63,768 nucleotides of DNA, filler included, from Lama guanicoe (GCA_013239625.1; 173 parts of 173 records of this genome joined end to end with filler, not necessarily neighbours in it), one strand, 5' to 3'; counted from the whole stretch's first letter, positions 12,679-25,359 are shown. Translations and numbers: made by a program. Notes: a model not told the origin generated them from the sequence alone.

Positions 12679-13652
12679 CTATGGAAAAAGGAGAAGACAG
12701 GGTCGTTCCTCTGAAATGTCTCATGGGTCATGAGGGCTAGATTAATTTCAGACACAAAGACAAAGAAAAGGATCGCATGGTGTTTCATCTCGCCGCCTCT
12801 CTCCCCCCTGCACANNNNNNNNNNNNNNNNNNNNNNNNNNNNNNNNNNNNNNNNNNNNTTAATTAATTAANNNNNNNNNNNNNNNNNNNNNNNNNNNNNN
12901 NNNNNNNNNNNNNNACATATTTATTACTCTCAAACACACTTTTGCTTCCCCTAAAATGTCTTCAGCACATCTACTTGACAATCCAAATACCTTCAAGTCG
13001 CAGGCAGTCTTTTCAAGGTCAAAGTGGTATTAAAAAAAAAAAAAAAACCAAACCAAACCAAACCAAAGCTAAAGAACTTTTTTTTTTAATTCAACCTGTT
13101 TCTCTCTGAATCTCACTAGGAGTTTCACACATCTATTTATACCAAAGAAACACATGTTTGGTCACAGGCTGACCAAGAGTAATNNNNNNNNNNNNNNNNN
13201 NNNNNNNNNNNNNNNNNNNNNNNNNNNTTAATTAATTAANNNNNNNNNNNNNNNNNNNNNNNNNNNNNNNNNNNNNNNNNNNNATAGGCCACACAGATGT
13301 CTAATCACTCCCCCAGTAGAGATCTTTTCTTCAACCTGTCTTTACTGTGCGAATTCCCCGCTGGGTGTTATGTGACTCAGTCTTATCTAGGTGTGGAATG
13401 TTACACAATGAGGAGAAAGTCCAAGGTGGTGCCCAGGACTGAGTCCCAGCACCCAGCCTGGCACCCAGGACCTTGTGGCCCCACCCAGCCGTCTTCTCCA
13501 GCCCTGTGTCTCTCCCACCCTGCTGATAACACTCACCTGGGTGTCACTTCCCNNNNNNNNNNNNNNNNNNNNNNNNNNNNNNNNNNNNNNNNNNNNTTAA
13601 TTAATTAANNNNNNNNNNNNNNNNNNNNNNNNNNNNNNNNNNNNNNNNNNNN

Positions 13653-13921
13653 ACCAAGCAAGTATCAACCAGGTACTCCCAGTATGTTCTTCAGCTAGAG
13701 TGGGAAATTCAGCCAAAAATAATTATAAAAAATACCTAGGAAAGCTCAAAATATTTGGATATCAAGCAATATTCTTATAAGTAATCCATTATCGAAGAAA
13801 AAACTCACAAGATTGAAAAATACTTTGAACTGAATTATAATCAAATATCAAAATATGAAGGCCTTTGGGATCTAGCTGAATTTATGTTAATGGGAAATAC
13901 ATAGTCTTAAAACCAGACTTA
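13653..13921 (+). mobile_element. Old LINE-1 ORF2 fragment
   Basis: gaaaaatactttgaactgaat ... tttgggatctagct region, highly degenerate. Confidence 0.65.
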
Positions 13922-14759
13922 NNNNNNNNNNNNNNNNNNNNNNNNNNNNNNNNNNNNNNNNNNNNTTAATTAATTAANNNNNNNNNNNNNNNNNNNNNNN
14001 NNNNNNNNNNNNNNNNNNNNNGTTGTTTTCATGTTGTTACCAAAAATATTGACTTTTGATATTTTCACTGATACCCTTTATTAGATTCAGGACTCTATCT
14101 TCTATTTCTCAGTTGATGAGAGAATTCTTCATGTAGAGGTGTTAGCCCTTTATCAAATTCTCTCAATTTTCTGGAAGTCAGTTAAGTACATTACTTTGGT
14201 ATTCACCAAGCCAAGGAAGATGCTCTCAGCTGACATGGTCTTAGAGACGTGATACTCTAAAATTAAAAATCTCTGAAAAGAACAGTAGATNNNNNNNNNN
14301 NNNNNNNNNNNNNNNNNNNNNNNNNNNNNNNNNNTTAATTAATTAANNNNNNNNNNNNNNNNNNNNNNNNNNNNNNNNNNNNNNNNNNNNCAACATTGTA
14401 AAATGACTATAACTCAATAAAAAATGTAAAAAATAAAAAAGACTGGAGAGATAATTTGGGGAGGTAGGATTTTATATCTGGTGGATGAGAACACCTGAGG
14501 AGCTAGTATAGACAGAGAAGAAACACAGTTTGAAGACTTAAGTTTTAGAGGTCACAATAATGATGAATGGGCAAAGACTTCTAGTTGCCTTTCTAATGCC
14601 ACTTTACCCTTCTTCCTAATAAGAGAACCTTGATATTATTGAAAAACAGAGATGTTCCANNNNNNNNNNNNNNNNNNNNNNNNNNNNNNNNNNNNNNNNN
14701 NNNTTAATTAATTAANNNNNNNNNNNNNNNNNNNNNNNNNNNNNNNNNNNNNNNNNNNN

Positions 14760-15028
14760 TTATTTAATCTTTCAAAAACCAGCTTTTGGTTTGATTGATT
14801 TTTTCTGTCTTTTTTAAAACTCTATTTTACTTATTTCTTCCCTGATTTTTATTATTTCCTTCCTTCTGGTGACTTTGGCTTTTTTGCTCTTCTCCTTCTA
14901 ATTATTTAAGCTGGTTGGTTGGATTGTTTATTTGAGATCCTTCTTTTTTGAGGAAGACCTGTATTGCTATAACCTTTCCTCTTAGCACTGCCTTTGCTGT
15001 ATCCCATAAATTTTTTGTGCTTGTTTTT
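14760..15028 (-). mobile_element. LINE-1 ORF2 fragment
   Basis: aaaaaccagcttttggtttgattgatttttt ... cctcttagcactgcctttgctgtatcccata. Confidence 0.9.
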
Positions 15029-15128
15029 NNNNNNNNNNNNNNNNNNNNNNNNNNNNNNNNNNNNNNNNNNNNTTAATTAATTAANNNNNNNNNNNNNNNN
15101 NNNNNNNNNNNNNNNNNNNNNNNNNNNN

Positions 15129-15397
15129 CCACGAACATTTCTGAGGGATCTGGAGCCAGACAAGGGAGCCTGCATGTGGTTGTGCAAGAACTCCATCAGG
15201 GCTGCATACACACTGACCACTAGAGCATTAACAGGAAAAGTACACAGTCATTGTGCTAAAACCTCAGGATACCTTTATGTTAGAGCTCATGCAGGTTAAA
15301 AGGAGGGAAAAGTCAAATTAGGCCCAACTCCAATAGACTCCTTAAATAAATCAAGACAGCGATGCTGACTTACCCTTCCTGAAAGGCGAACAGTACC
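15129..15397 (-). CDS. Candidate two-exon fragment (15397-15374, 154-bp intron, 15219-15129), gene unidentified
   Basis: Donor AGG|GTAAGT at 15374/15373 and acceptor ttttcctgttaatgctctag| at 15220; one spliced frame reads YCSPFRKVVSVYAALMEFLHNHMQAPLSGSRSLRNVR (a second frame is also open). Confidence 0.5.
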
Positions 15398-16604
15398 NNN
15401 NNNNNNNNNNNNNNNNNNNNNNNNNNNNNNNNNNNNNNNNNTTAATTAATTAANNNNNNNNNNNNNNNNNNNNNNNNNNNNNNNNNNNNNNNNNNNNAAG
15501 GATTCATGAAGAACCTATCAAGGAGAACTGATACTCCATTTAAATAACAAAAACCCCTCTAGGTTAAACAGGTCCTTTGTACACTACGATTGTTAGACCC
15601 TAAGTAAAAACATCTTTAAAGCTGTAAGAAAATTTCTATAAATTACGCTAGAACTTAATGTTTTGCATGGTTTTAAAATGTTCATACTGCTTTAATTTAC
15701 TTAATTTTACATGAAGATATAAAAAATAAATATTGCCATGCATAACTTGCTGACATTTAAAAAACCNNNNNNNNNNNNNNNNNNNNNNNNNNNNNNNNNN
15801 NNNNNNNNNNTTAATTAATTAANNNNNNNNNNNNNNNNNNNNNNNNNNNNNNNNNNNNNNNNNNNNGCTTGCTATGATTAGACTGAGGGGTTGGCCACAA
15901 TAAAGTCACTTCCCTGGAAGCTGGGTGAGGGAGACTTTCTTAAAAGGGCAACAGTGTGTTGGGGGTGAGGGGTGGGAGGGAGTACCTGATACAAATACTC
16001 TGGGAAAGAGACAAGAAATCAGAAAGGAGACAGAGCCCAGGGTAGTCTCCCACCCTGGGAGCCCCAGACCTCTGGTTCTGGACCACAGAATAATCAAGAT
16101 GTCTCAAGCCTCTCTCTTTATCCTGGGGAAAGGGGNNNNNNNNNNNNNNNNNNNNNNNNNNNNNNNNNNNNNNNNNNNNTTAATTAATTAANNNNNNNNN
16201 NNNNNNNNNNNNNNNNNNNNNNNNNNNNNNNNNNNTCTGAGCAGGGGGCCGGATGCACAGGCAAGACCAGCCTGAGCACTGAGGGTTTGGGAAGCCAGAA
16301 ATCACACAGTAGCCCGAGCAGCATTGTTCCTGAGAGACTGGAGGGAAAAGATGCTGAAAAGTGAGGCTAGAATCAGACCCTGTGGTGGATTATGAGTGAC
16401 AGGAAATGACTGGTGAGGCAGGCACACCTCACCAGTCCTAGCTGGTGCGTCCCATCGGAGGGAGGAGCAGAGTTATAGACTTTGCCACTTATTAGCTGTG
16501 TGACNNNNNNNNNNNNNNNNNNNNNNNNNNNNNNNNNNNNNNNNNNNNTTAATTAATTAANNNNNNNNNNNNNNNNNNNNNNNNNNNNNNNNNNNNNNNN
16601 NNNN

Positions 16605-16872
16605 CTCTCAGAACTGAACATGTGGAGAGACGTTCGTTCATCTAGCACAAATGGAAGTGGTTGCAGGAGAAAACTTTCTCTGGTTTCTCTGTTTGTTTCC
16701 TTATATCGGTTTGAAATTACTGCAGTTTTCACTGTAAAACCGAGTTGGAGCTAGTACTTCCCATTATAAATATATATCTTGTGTAATTATAAACAGAAAA
16801 GTAACTATGTTGCCAACAAGCTAGGTTAAGGAGAGCTTTCACAGATACTTTTATCTAAGAACTGAGCATGTG
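16605..16872 (+). repeat. ~248-bp satellite, copy 1
   Basis: gaactgaacatgtg at 16611 recurs as gaactgagcatgtg at 16859 (period 248); homologous to the contigs at 30626, 35052 and 43539. Confidence 0.88.
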
Positions 16873-17341
16873 NNNNNNNNNNNNNNNNNNNNNNNNNNNN
16901 NNNNNNNNNNNNNNNNTTAATTAATTAANNNNNNNNNNNNNNNNNNNNNNNNNNNNNNNNNNNNNNNNNNNNTGAATTCTTTCTGGGATGGGACAAGAAC
17001 CTGGACACCGGTTACATCTACCCGAAGCAGTTGGAAAGCTCCCCTGTGAGTCTGCAGGAAGTGCTAATTGAACTCCGGCTGTGGGTGCCAGGCTTCTGCA
17101 GCGTTCATTCTGAGACATTCCCTTAAAACCCTCCGGGATGTGAAGGGCCCAGCCGACATCTGCCAGTTTGGCTTTCCTTGATGTCTCAGGAAAATCAGTG
17201 AGGAGCCTTGAGTAATTAGATGGAGGAGCCCAAGAAGGGTTNNNNNNNNNNNNNNNNNNNNNNNNNNNNNNNNNNNNNNNNNNNNTTAATTAATTAANNN
17301 NNNNNNNNNNNNNNNNNNNNNNNNNNNNNNNNNNNNNNNNN

Positions 17342-17610
17342 ATACAGGGTGGCAGGTGATGTTTGACACTTCCCATTGTATGAAGTAACCTTGTGGAAGC
17401 CTTTCAGGCGTATTGAATTGCTTCTTTTGGCTGTCTAAATGTAACGTGTTTCTTTTGCCTTCCTTTTGCTTAGGCCCCAGTAGAAGAGAATAACACTCTT
17501 TGGTTTGAAAGAGTCAAATGATAATCTTGTTAGGGAGAAATAATCATCACTGATTTGCAGAAACTGTATAGTGTAAATCTTACCTAGAGGGGCCAGACAA
17601 TAGGAGGCTG
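17342..17610 (+). repeat. Paralogous/allelic pair 1a (partner 21032-21300)
   Basis: Same ends and length; 14 substitutions; first and last 49 bp identical. Confidence 0.97.
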
Positions 17611-17710
17611 NNNNNNNNNNNNNNNNNNNNNNNNNNNNNNNNNNNNNNNNNNNNTTAATTAATTAANNNNNNNNNNNNNNNNNNNNNNNNNNNNNNNNNN
17701 NNNNNNNNNN

Positions 17711-17786
17711 TGAATTTGAGGTCTGTGGGCGGGTCGAGGACCAGGATCTGCTCGTGCTTCGCCATGGCCCCGGAGGCGGACGCCAT
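17711..17786 (-). CDS. VAPA: VAMP-associated protein A, exon 1 coding part
   Basis: ATG at 17786-17784; [25 protein letters not shown] matches the VAPA N-terminus. Absent from the ORF track. Confidence 0.96.
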
Positions 17787-17979
17787 CGGACAGACAGCGC
17801 AGAGCGGGGGCGCGCCCGCGGCGGCGGCTCGCTAGCTGCGGGCGGGGGGCGGCGGCGGCGCGGCTCGGCCCGGCTCGACACGGGGCCACGCTCGGCTCCC
17901 GAACCCGACGCCCGCCGCTCCGTCGCCGGCTCGGTGGGCCGCCCGCCGCTCCGCAGCTCCGGGTCTCACAACTGACTCA
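17787..17979 (-). promoter_or_regulatory. VAPA: VAPA CpG-island 5'UTR / proximal promoter
   Basis: CpG-rich sequence directly upstream of the VAPA ATG; the intact CpG content argues for the genuine locus over an old retrocopy. Confidence 0.85.
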
Positions 17980-18079
17980 NNNNNNNNNNNNNNNNNNNNN
18001 NNNNNNNNNNNNNNNNNNNNNNNTTAATTAATTAANNNNNNNNNNNNNNNNNNNNNNNNNNNNNNNNNNNNNNNNNNNN

Positions 18080-18348
18080 AAATAATGCTGCTATGAACAT
18101 TGGGGTGCATGTATCTTTCTGAATTAAGTGTTTTTGTTCTTTCAGATAGATACCTAGGAGTGGGATGGCTGAATCATATGGTAGTTCTATTTTTAGTTTT
18201 CTGAGAAACCTCCATACTGTTCTCTAGGGTGACTGCACCAACTTACATTCCTAACAACAGTGCACAAGGATCCCCTTTTCTCCATATCCTCGCTGACATT
18301 TTTATTTGTGTTCTTTTTGAGGATAGCCATTCTGACAGATGTGAGGTG
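18080..18348 (-). mobile_element. LINE-1 ORF2 3' end
   Basis: aataatgctgctatgaacattggggtgcatgtatctt ... tagccattctgacagatgtgaggtg. Confidence 0.92.
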
Positions 18349-20293
18349 NNNNNNNNNNNNNNNNNNNNNNNNNNNNNNNNNNNNNNNNNNNNTTAATTAA
18401 TTAANNNNNNNNNNNNNNNNNNNNNNNNNNNNNNNNNNNNNNNNNNNNTGCAGGGGGCCCGGCCCTCTCCCTGGGCTCCTCACCCATCTCCATCAGTTGT
18501 TGCTGGGGCCGGGGATGGTAGGGACCCTCCGTATCACTTCCATGTTCTGTCTGCCGCGCTGCTGCCACTTTCTCCTCAGAGCCTTGGAAGCTCTGCTTCC
18601 GCCCCTGCTGACCTCCCGGCTGGAGAGGGGATGTCCCAGCATGAGGGTGCCTTTCTTCCTACGCTGCTCCCTCCTTGCAGGACTGATCCTGCACTGATTT
18701 TTTTTCCTCTTTTTTTTNNNNNNNNNNNNNNNNNNNNNNNNNNNNNNNNNNNNNNNNNNNNTTAATTAATTAANNNNNNNNNNNNNNNNNNNNNNNNNNN
18801 NNNNNNNNNNNNNNNNNGAATCCCTTAGCTTGTCTTTCCTGATGCTTTGCCTAGGCACTGTGTGAGGGAAAGTGTGGTTTGGGCTCTAAAACCAAGTATT
18901 AGCGAGTGCACCTCCATGGGAAATGGAGGTGATTTAATTACAACCCTCAACCTGGGAATACCTATGCCCCCTGGAAGATGAGTGGACTCTGTTTCCCCAC
19001 ATCCAGCACACAAACGAAGTTCAGGTATCCTAACTGAGGGGAGGCTCCTCCAACTGACAGCAGCGCCTGGGTTCGAATAGAATCCCNNNNNNNNNNNNNN
19101 NNNNNNNNNNNNNNNNNNNNNNNNNNNNNNTTAATTAATTAANNNNNNNNNNNNNNNNNNNNNNNNNNNNNNNNNNNNNNNNNNNNCACTTTAGATTTAA
19201 AAGCGCAGAAAAGGTTGGACTCTGGAGAAAAAAAATACAGGCCTTGGAAACTCAAAATCCAATGTGAGGGGGCTGGCACACGATCTAACTTCCCAGAGTG
19301 GAGAGGCAGGAAAGGTGAATTTGACGGCTGCCGTGGGAATAAGAAGGGACTTAGACAAACTGGTGAGATCCTTAAAACTCGGCTGCAGTTAACTTGCTGT
19401 GTTAGCCGGTGGCGACCTCTACTTTACAGGTGAGATATGGATGCAATGGATCAAANNNNNNNNNNNNNNNNNNNNNNNNNNNNNNNNNNNNNNNNNNNNT
19501 TAATTAATTAANNNNNNNNNNNNNNNNNNNNNNNNNNNNNNNNNNNNNNNNNNNNTTTTGCCAGTTGCTTTTCATGTCTTCCATTAAGTTGACTTCTAAC
19601 AGACATTGAATAAGTCTGCAAGTAAATAAACACCCACCCACAAGGTGAGGACAGGCAGACTCAACACTGCCCCCCAGCGGAGGCTCTGGAACGTGAACTG
19701 AGAACACAGGCCATTGGGCAGCAGCAACACCAGGACTGCACTCAGTGTCCTAAGGATCCGCCCAAAGCTAAGCTGCACAGAGGACAGCAGCCCCTCCATG
19801 GCACTGACCCACTCAGGGCTCTGCNNNNNNNNNNNNNNNNNNNNNNNNNNNNNNNNNNNNNNNNNNNNTTAATTAATTAANNNNNNNNNNNNNNNNNNNN
19901 NNNNNNNNNNNNNNNNNNNNNNNNACTATAAACTCAGTGGGAACTAATAACCTTCTAGAGTGGAAAAATCACCACTCCAGAGTAGCCTGTATCTTAAATG
20001 ACTATTTCACATATTCAACAGTTAATTGCAGGAAAAATAATGCAAGCTGATTCAATGTACTTTTTAAAAAAAATCTCAACACATATTACATTGTCACAAA
20101 ATAAAATGTTAATGCGTACCCGTAAGTATACAAGGATGATATGTTGGTCATCTCTTCACTTAAAAAACACAACGCTTTTACTCTCATAAACAANNNNNNN
20201 NNNNNNNNNNNNNNNNNNNNNNNNNNNNNNNNNNNNNTTAATTAATTAANNNNNNNNNNNNNNNNNNNNNNNNNNNNNNNNNNNNNNNNNNNN

Positions 20294-20562
20294 TATATAA
20301 GCCATTAGGTCTTTTCAGAGAGTTTCTGCAGATTTTTTTTTCTTTAAATGGGTCATACTTTCCTATTTTTTGTATGCCTTAGTTTTTTTGTTGTTGTTGA
20401 ACACTGAACATTTGAATCTAATAAAGTGAGAATTCTGGAAATCAGATTCTCTCCCTTCCCCAGGGTTTGCTGGGGTTTGTTACTATTTATTTATTTTTTG
20501 ATTCTTACTGGTGTCTTCATGCCAAAGATCAGCCTGAAGTGTAAACTTGAGGTCTTTTCAGG
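20294..20562 (-). mobile_element. L1MD-like 5' region
   Basis: gggtcatactttcct ... ctggaaatcagattctctcccttcccagggtttgctg. Confidence 0.55.
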
Positions 20563-21031
20563 NNNNNNNNNNNNNNNNNNNNNNNNNNNNNNNNNNNNNN
20601 NNNNNNTTAATTAATTAANNNNNNNNNNNNNNNNNNNNNNNNNNNNNNNNNNNNNNNNNNNNTCTCGATAATCATTACCTTGGCTCATTAATGTATTGGG
20701 GTCTACAAAATGGTGTTACTCTAATTCTATCATTTATTTGTTCGCTGAAATGCTTCTATAAAGAGGAGCTTTCAAAGACAAAGAAATTTCCCTTCAAATC
20801 TAATCGGTTTCCCTGAAATGCAGTTCATACAGGAAAGGCGGGATTAGCACAATGCTTTGTTTACCACTTTTCAGAATTGTGAGTTAGGTTCTCTCACATC
20901 CAACAAAGATCAAGTGAGAGGGCTTTTTTTTNNNNNNNNNNNNNNNNNNNNNNNNNNNNNNNNNNNNNNNNNNNNTTAATTAATTAANNNNNNNNNNNNN
21001 NNNNNNNNNNNNNNNNNNNNNNNNNNNNNNN

Positions 21032-21300
21032 ATACAGGGTGGCAGGTGATGTTTGACACTTCCCATTGTATGAAGTAACCATGTGGAAGCCTTTCAGGCA
21101 TAATGAATTGCCTCTTTTAGCTGCCTAATTGTAACATGTTTCTTTTGCCTTCCTTTTGCTTAGGCCCAAATAGGAGAGAATAATACTCTTTGGTTTGAAA
21201 GATTCAAATGATAATCTTGTTAGGGAGAAATAATCATCACTGATTTGCAGGAACTGTATAGTGTAAATCTTACCTAGAGGGGCCAGACAATAGGAGGCTG
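21032..21300 (+). repeat. Paralogous/allelic pair 1b (partner 17342-17610)
   Basis: See pair 1a. Confidence 0.97.
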
Positions 21301-21609
21301 NNNNNNNNNNNNNNNNNNNNNNNNNNNNNNNNNNNNNNNNNNNNTTAATTAATTAANNNNNNNNNNNNNNNNNNNNNNNNNNNNNNNNNNNNNNNNNNNN
21401 GGCAGAGTTCCTTAAGTCTCCTGCATGTCTGCCATGACTAAGCAAGCCTGACCTCCCTTGTCAGAGCAGAAAGTGCTCTAATCTCCTGCTTTTGTCTCCT
21501 GCTGGAGTTTTGTCTGATGAATTCTGCCGTGAATTCAGGCACACAGAGCAGGGCGTTGTCTGTGATTCCTTTGCCAACCTCAGGTCTAAGTTCTGCTCTG
21601 TCCCCACAG

Positions 21610-21669
21610 GTAACAAGTATGTGCCTCGGGCCATCCTGGTGGACCTGGAGCCGGGCACCATGGACTCGG
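21610..21669 (+). CDS. TUBB2A/TUBB2B: Beta-tubulin class II (TUBB2A or TUBB2B), start of exon 3
   Basis: Acceptor ctgctctgtccccacag| at 21609, then GNKYVPRAILVDLEPGTMDS; GNKY is the class II form, and the intron position fits a genuine gene. Confidence 0.9.
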
Positions 21670-24352
21670 NNNNNNNNNNNNNNNNNNNNNNNNNNNNNNN
21701 NNNNNNNNNNNNNTTAATTAATTAANNNNNNNNNNNNNNNNNNNNNNNNNNNNNNNNNNNNNNNNNNNNTAAGTGATACAGAGGAAAAGATGTGCCACTC
21801 CATAGAGAGTGCTGAATTACCTGCTCATCAACTTGGGGGAAATCCTGAATTATACTCCAATTTTAGCAGCTGTACCAGAAGTGTTTTATATAAACCAAAG
21901 ATTTAAACAGGAAAAAAAAAAAAAGAGAAGAAACAACTATTTTTAAAAAGTTTTGAAATGCTGGAGACTTTTTGAGGCATGTCAAAAAACTAAAAGCTAT
22001 CATATAAGTATGTTTGGCTTTTAAAATATATATATATANNNNNNNNNNNNNNNNNNNNNNNNNNNNNNNNNNNNNNNNNNNNTTAATTAATTAANNNNNN
22101 NNNNNNNNNNNNNNNNNNNNNNNNNNNNNNNNNNNNNNAGGAGAAATGACACTTAATTCACTGTTGCTTGTATATACCCTGGGATTACAGGACAAGGCAG
22201 GAAATACTTTGGTCCAAGAAGTGCTTCCAGTGTGCGCAAGCCGGGTAGGCACACGCTGAGCTATTGCCAGACAGCCAGGGCCAGTCAACCATCTTGCACA
22301 CAGGATCACAGGGAGAGGGCACCTGCCCTCATAACTAGAGACACAGGGAGGAGCAAACTGGGGGCTCGGTTTAGAACAGGGATTCTTTTCCTTTTGTTTC
22401 TATCAGTNNNNNNNNNNNNNNNNNNNNNNNNNNNNNNNNNNNNNNNNNNNNTTAATTAATTAANNNNNNNNNNNNNNNNNNNNNNNNNNNNNNNNNNNNN
22501 NNNNNNNTTGTTGGGTGCTAGATATTTGTGCATTCTCATAAATATTCTTGAGCTTTGTTCTGAAATGTGGTTTGATCCTTTTGGGTCTTGCTTTTAAGAT
22601 TCATTCGATGGGACCAGAGCAGTGCTCAGATGGGCTAATTATTTCCCATTGTAGGTCCTTCTGTGTTCTTTATCAAATGTGACTATAAGATTTTTATGAC
22701 TGATGGAAACAGACAGTATTCCTGGTGCTCAGTGAGTACAGGAAAGTGTTTCCCCTAATCCTTCGGAAAGTTTTTTNNNNNNNNNNNNNNNNNNNNNNNN
22801 NNNNNNNNNNNNNNNNNNNNTTAATTAATTAANNNNNNNNNNNNNNNNNNNNNNNNNNNNNNNNNNNNNNNNNNNNAGAGCACAATTTTTCAGTTGTACA
22901 TGAACATATATATGTTCATTGTCACGTTATTTTCTCTGTGAGCTAACATCATTTTTTATACCAATAGATTCTGTAGTCCAAACAACATCAGTGGGCATAT
23001 AGCTGAATAATAGTTATCTTCATCAGAATATTAACTTAAAAAGAGGCACCTACCAAAAAATTAGTATCTTTCCCCCAAATCCCAATAAGCTCCATTAGTC
23101 AGAATTGGTTTCTAATGCTACGGAAAAATCTTAACTTGTCACATANNNNNNNNNNNNNNNNNNNNNNNNNNNNNNNNNNNNNNNNNNNNTTAATTAATTA
23201 ANNNNNNNNNNNNNNNNNNNNNNNNNNNNNNNNNNNNNNNNNNNNCTCCCCCCACATACCCATGTAGAGTTCTCTTTAGAAAGGTGAGAGTGGGGTGTGG
23301 AAATGGTGTTTGCTAGGAACATGGTAGAATGTCTAAGGTGCATGAAATTAGCTGTATCCCCACCCTATCCATTCTAATGTGCTCTTGGGGATGGGTACAG
23401 AGTGATCTATTTAGTCTCTCACCATTAACTGCCCAGGGCTCTGTTCCTGATTGTCTCCTGAGTAGCTGATTAAAACAGGTATTGGCATTCGAGGCTTAAT
23501 AAGAGCTTGGTAATNNNNNNNNNNNNNNNNNNNNNNNNNNNNNNNNNNNNNNNNNNNNTTAATTAATTAANNNNNNNNNNNNNNNNNNNNNNNNNNNNNN
23601 NNNNNNNNNNNNNNTAACGAGTGTTTTTCTTTCAACTAGAAACAACAGTGAGTCATTTCACGGTTTTCCCTCAGAGCATTCTCATTTTTCATTCTACACA
23701 CAAAATGCAGTGTTCATTACATTTGGCGGTACTTTGGGAAATCTTGTTTTTAATATTAAATATCTCACTGGTGAATATTCAGAGAGCTTATGCCTGGTTT
23801 TGTGGATAGCCTGCTGTGTGACCTTGATAAGGTTACTTAACCTTTTTTCTGTCTCCATAAATTTAGGGTAAAATCTTTCTCTTNNNNNNNNNNNNNNNNN
23901 NNNNNNNNNNNNNNNNNNNNNNNNNNNTTAATTAATTAANNNNNNNNNNNNNNNNNNNNNNNNNNNNNNNNNNNNNNNNNNNNTGAGTTGTGCATTGGAA
24001 TATTGTATTTCCTGGTTCAAGGTATAGTAATTTCTCTACATTTAAAAACTTAAATTCCTCTTAAATTTAAGGAGATCCAATACACACATAGTATTATTCA
24101 CAGAGAGCAAACAAACTTGAAAGGTATTAAAATAGAAGCGATCAATATTAGTATTCAATGAAAAAAATCTTTATAAATTAGACTGGCAGAAATTTGAATG
24201 TCTGCTAACCTCAGGTGTTTCAAGGTTGTCAAGAAGAAGCTTCGGAGTTTTGNNNNNNNNNNNNNNNNNNNNNNNNNNNNNNNNNNNNNNNNNNNNTTAA
24301 TTAATTAANNNNNNNNNNNNNNNNNNNNNNNNNNNNNNNNNNNNNNNNNNNN

Positions 24353-24621
24353 GACTATGCTGATTTCCTTTACATAGGGTCGTCTTGCCTGGCCTAGATC
24401 CTGTAAATTGTTTTTGAGATTCATTGCGTTGTGATGTGTGTCAGGAGTTCCTTTGTATTGCTGAGTAGTTGCCACTGTATGGACGTACCCCAATTTGTGT
24501 CTCCATTCTCCTGTTCAGCGACTTTTGGATTATTTCCATATTTTGCTTTTTATGACTGAACATTCATGTTCAAGTATTCTTGTGGGTATTTGTTTTCATT
24601 TTTCTTGGGTAAATGCCTAGG
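24353..24621 (-). mobile_element. L1ME-type 3' end
   Basis: tttttgagattcattgcgttg ... attgctgagtag ... ttcttgggtaaatgcctagg. Confidence 0.8.
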
Positions 24622-25204
24622 NNNNNNNNNNNNNNNNNNNNNNNNNNNNNNNNNNNNNNNNNNNNTTAATTAATTAANNNNNNNNNNNNNNNNNNNNNNN
24701 NNNNNNNNNNNNNNNNNNNNNAATATCCAGACCTCAAAATCATAATGTTGAGTCAAGAGAGTAGGAATCAGAATAAGGCATCATTTAGCTGAGTTAAAAT
24801 ACGTATAATTGCATAAGATACTTAAAAGAAAATTGTAAGGGTTTCAAACATCTCAGTAAAAGTAAGTGGGATGAGAATGGAGATCAAGAAAGGAAAGAAA
24901 GTCAAATGAAACGAGGGACTGGATTTCCACACACACAAAAGCAATGAGCTGTGAACCCAAAATGTGCTTAGCCCTGCCCTGCAAATTGAANNNNNNNNNN
25001 NNNNNNNNNNNNNNNNNNNNNNNNNNNNNNNNNNTTAATTAATTAANNNNNNNNNNNNNNNNNNNNNNNNNNNNNNNNNNNNNNNNNNNNGGGGGGGAAC
25101 AGGGTGGTGACGCTTAAGATCTTTTAAGATCCGGCTCATCTGCCTGCTACATGGAAGCTTCTAAATAAATAAATGTTCGCTGAATGACTGAGTGAATGAA
25201 AGCT

Positions 25205-25359
25205 ACCGCTGTGTGCCAGGCATGGCGCTTAAAGCTTAAATACATTCTTTTAAGCCTCATAACAACCTTATGAATGGGTATTAAGGTCTTTTTTTCATAA
25301 GAGAGGAAACAGGTGCAAGGAGATTATTACCTTTGCCCAGGGTCACCCCTAGTAAGTGA
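25205..25359 (-). mobile_element. MIR (preceded by an L2 tail at ~25165-25200)
   Basis: tgtgccaggc ... cctcataacaaccttatga ... gaggaaacagg ... ttgcccagggtcac; L2 tail aataaatgttcgctgaatgactgagtgaatgaa. Confidence 0.8.

Noticed and set aside
19556..19640. Minus-strand exon after tttatttacttgcag
   Set aside because: Two frames are open over only 60 nt and no protein is recognisable.
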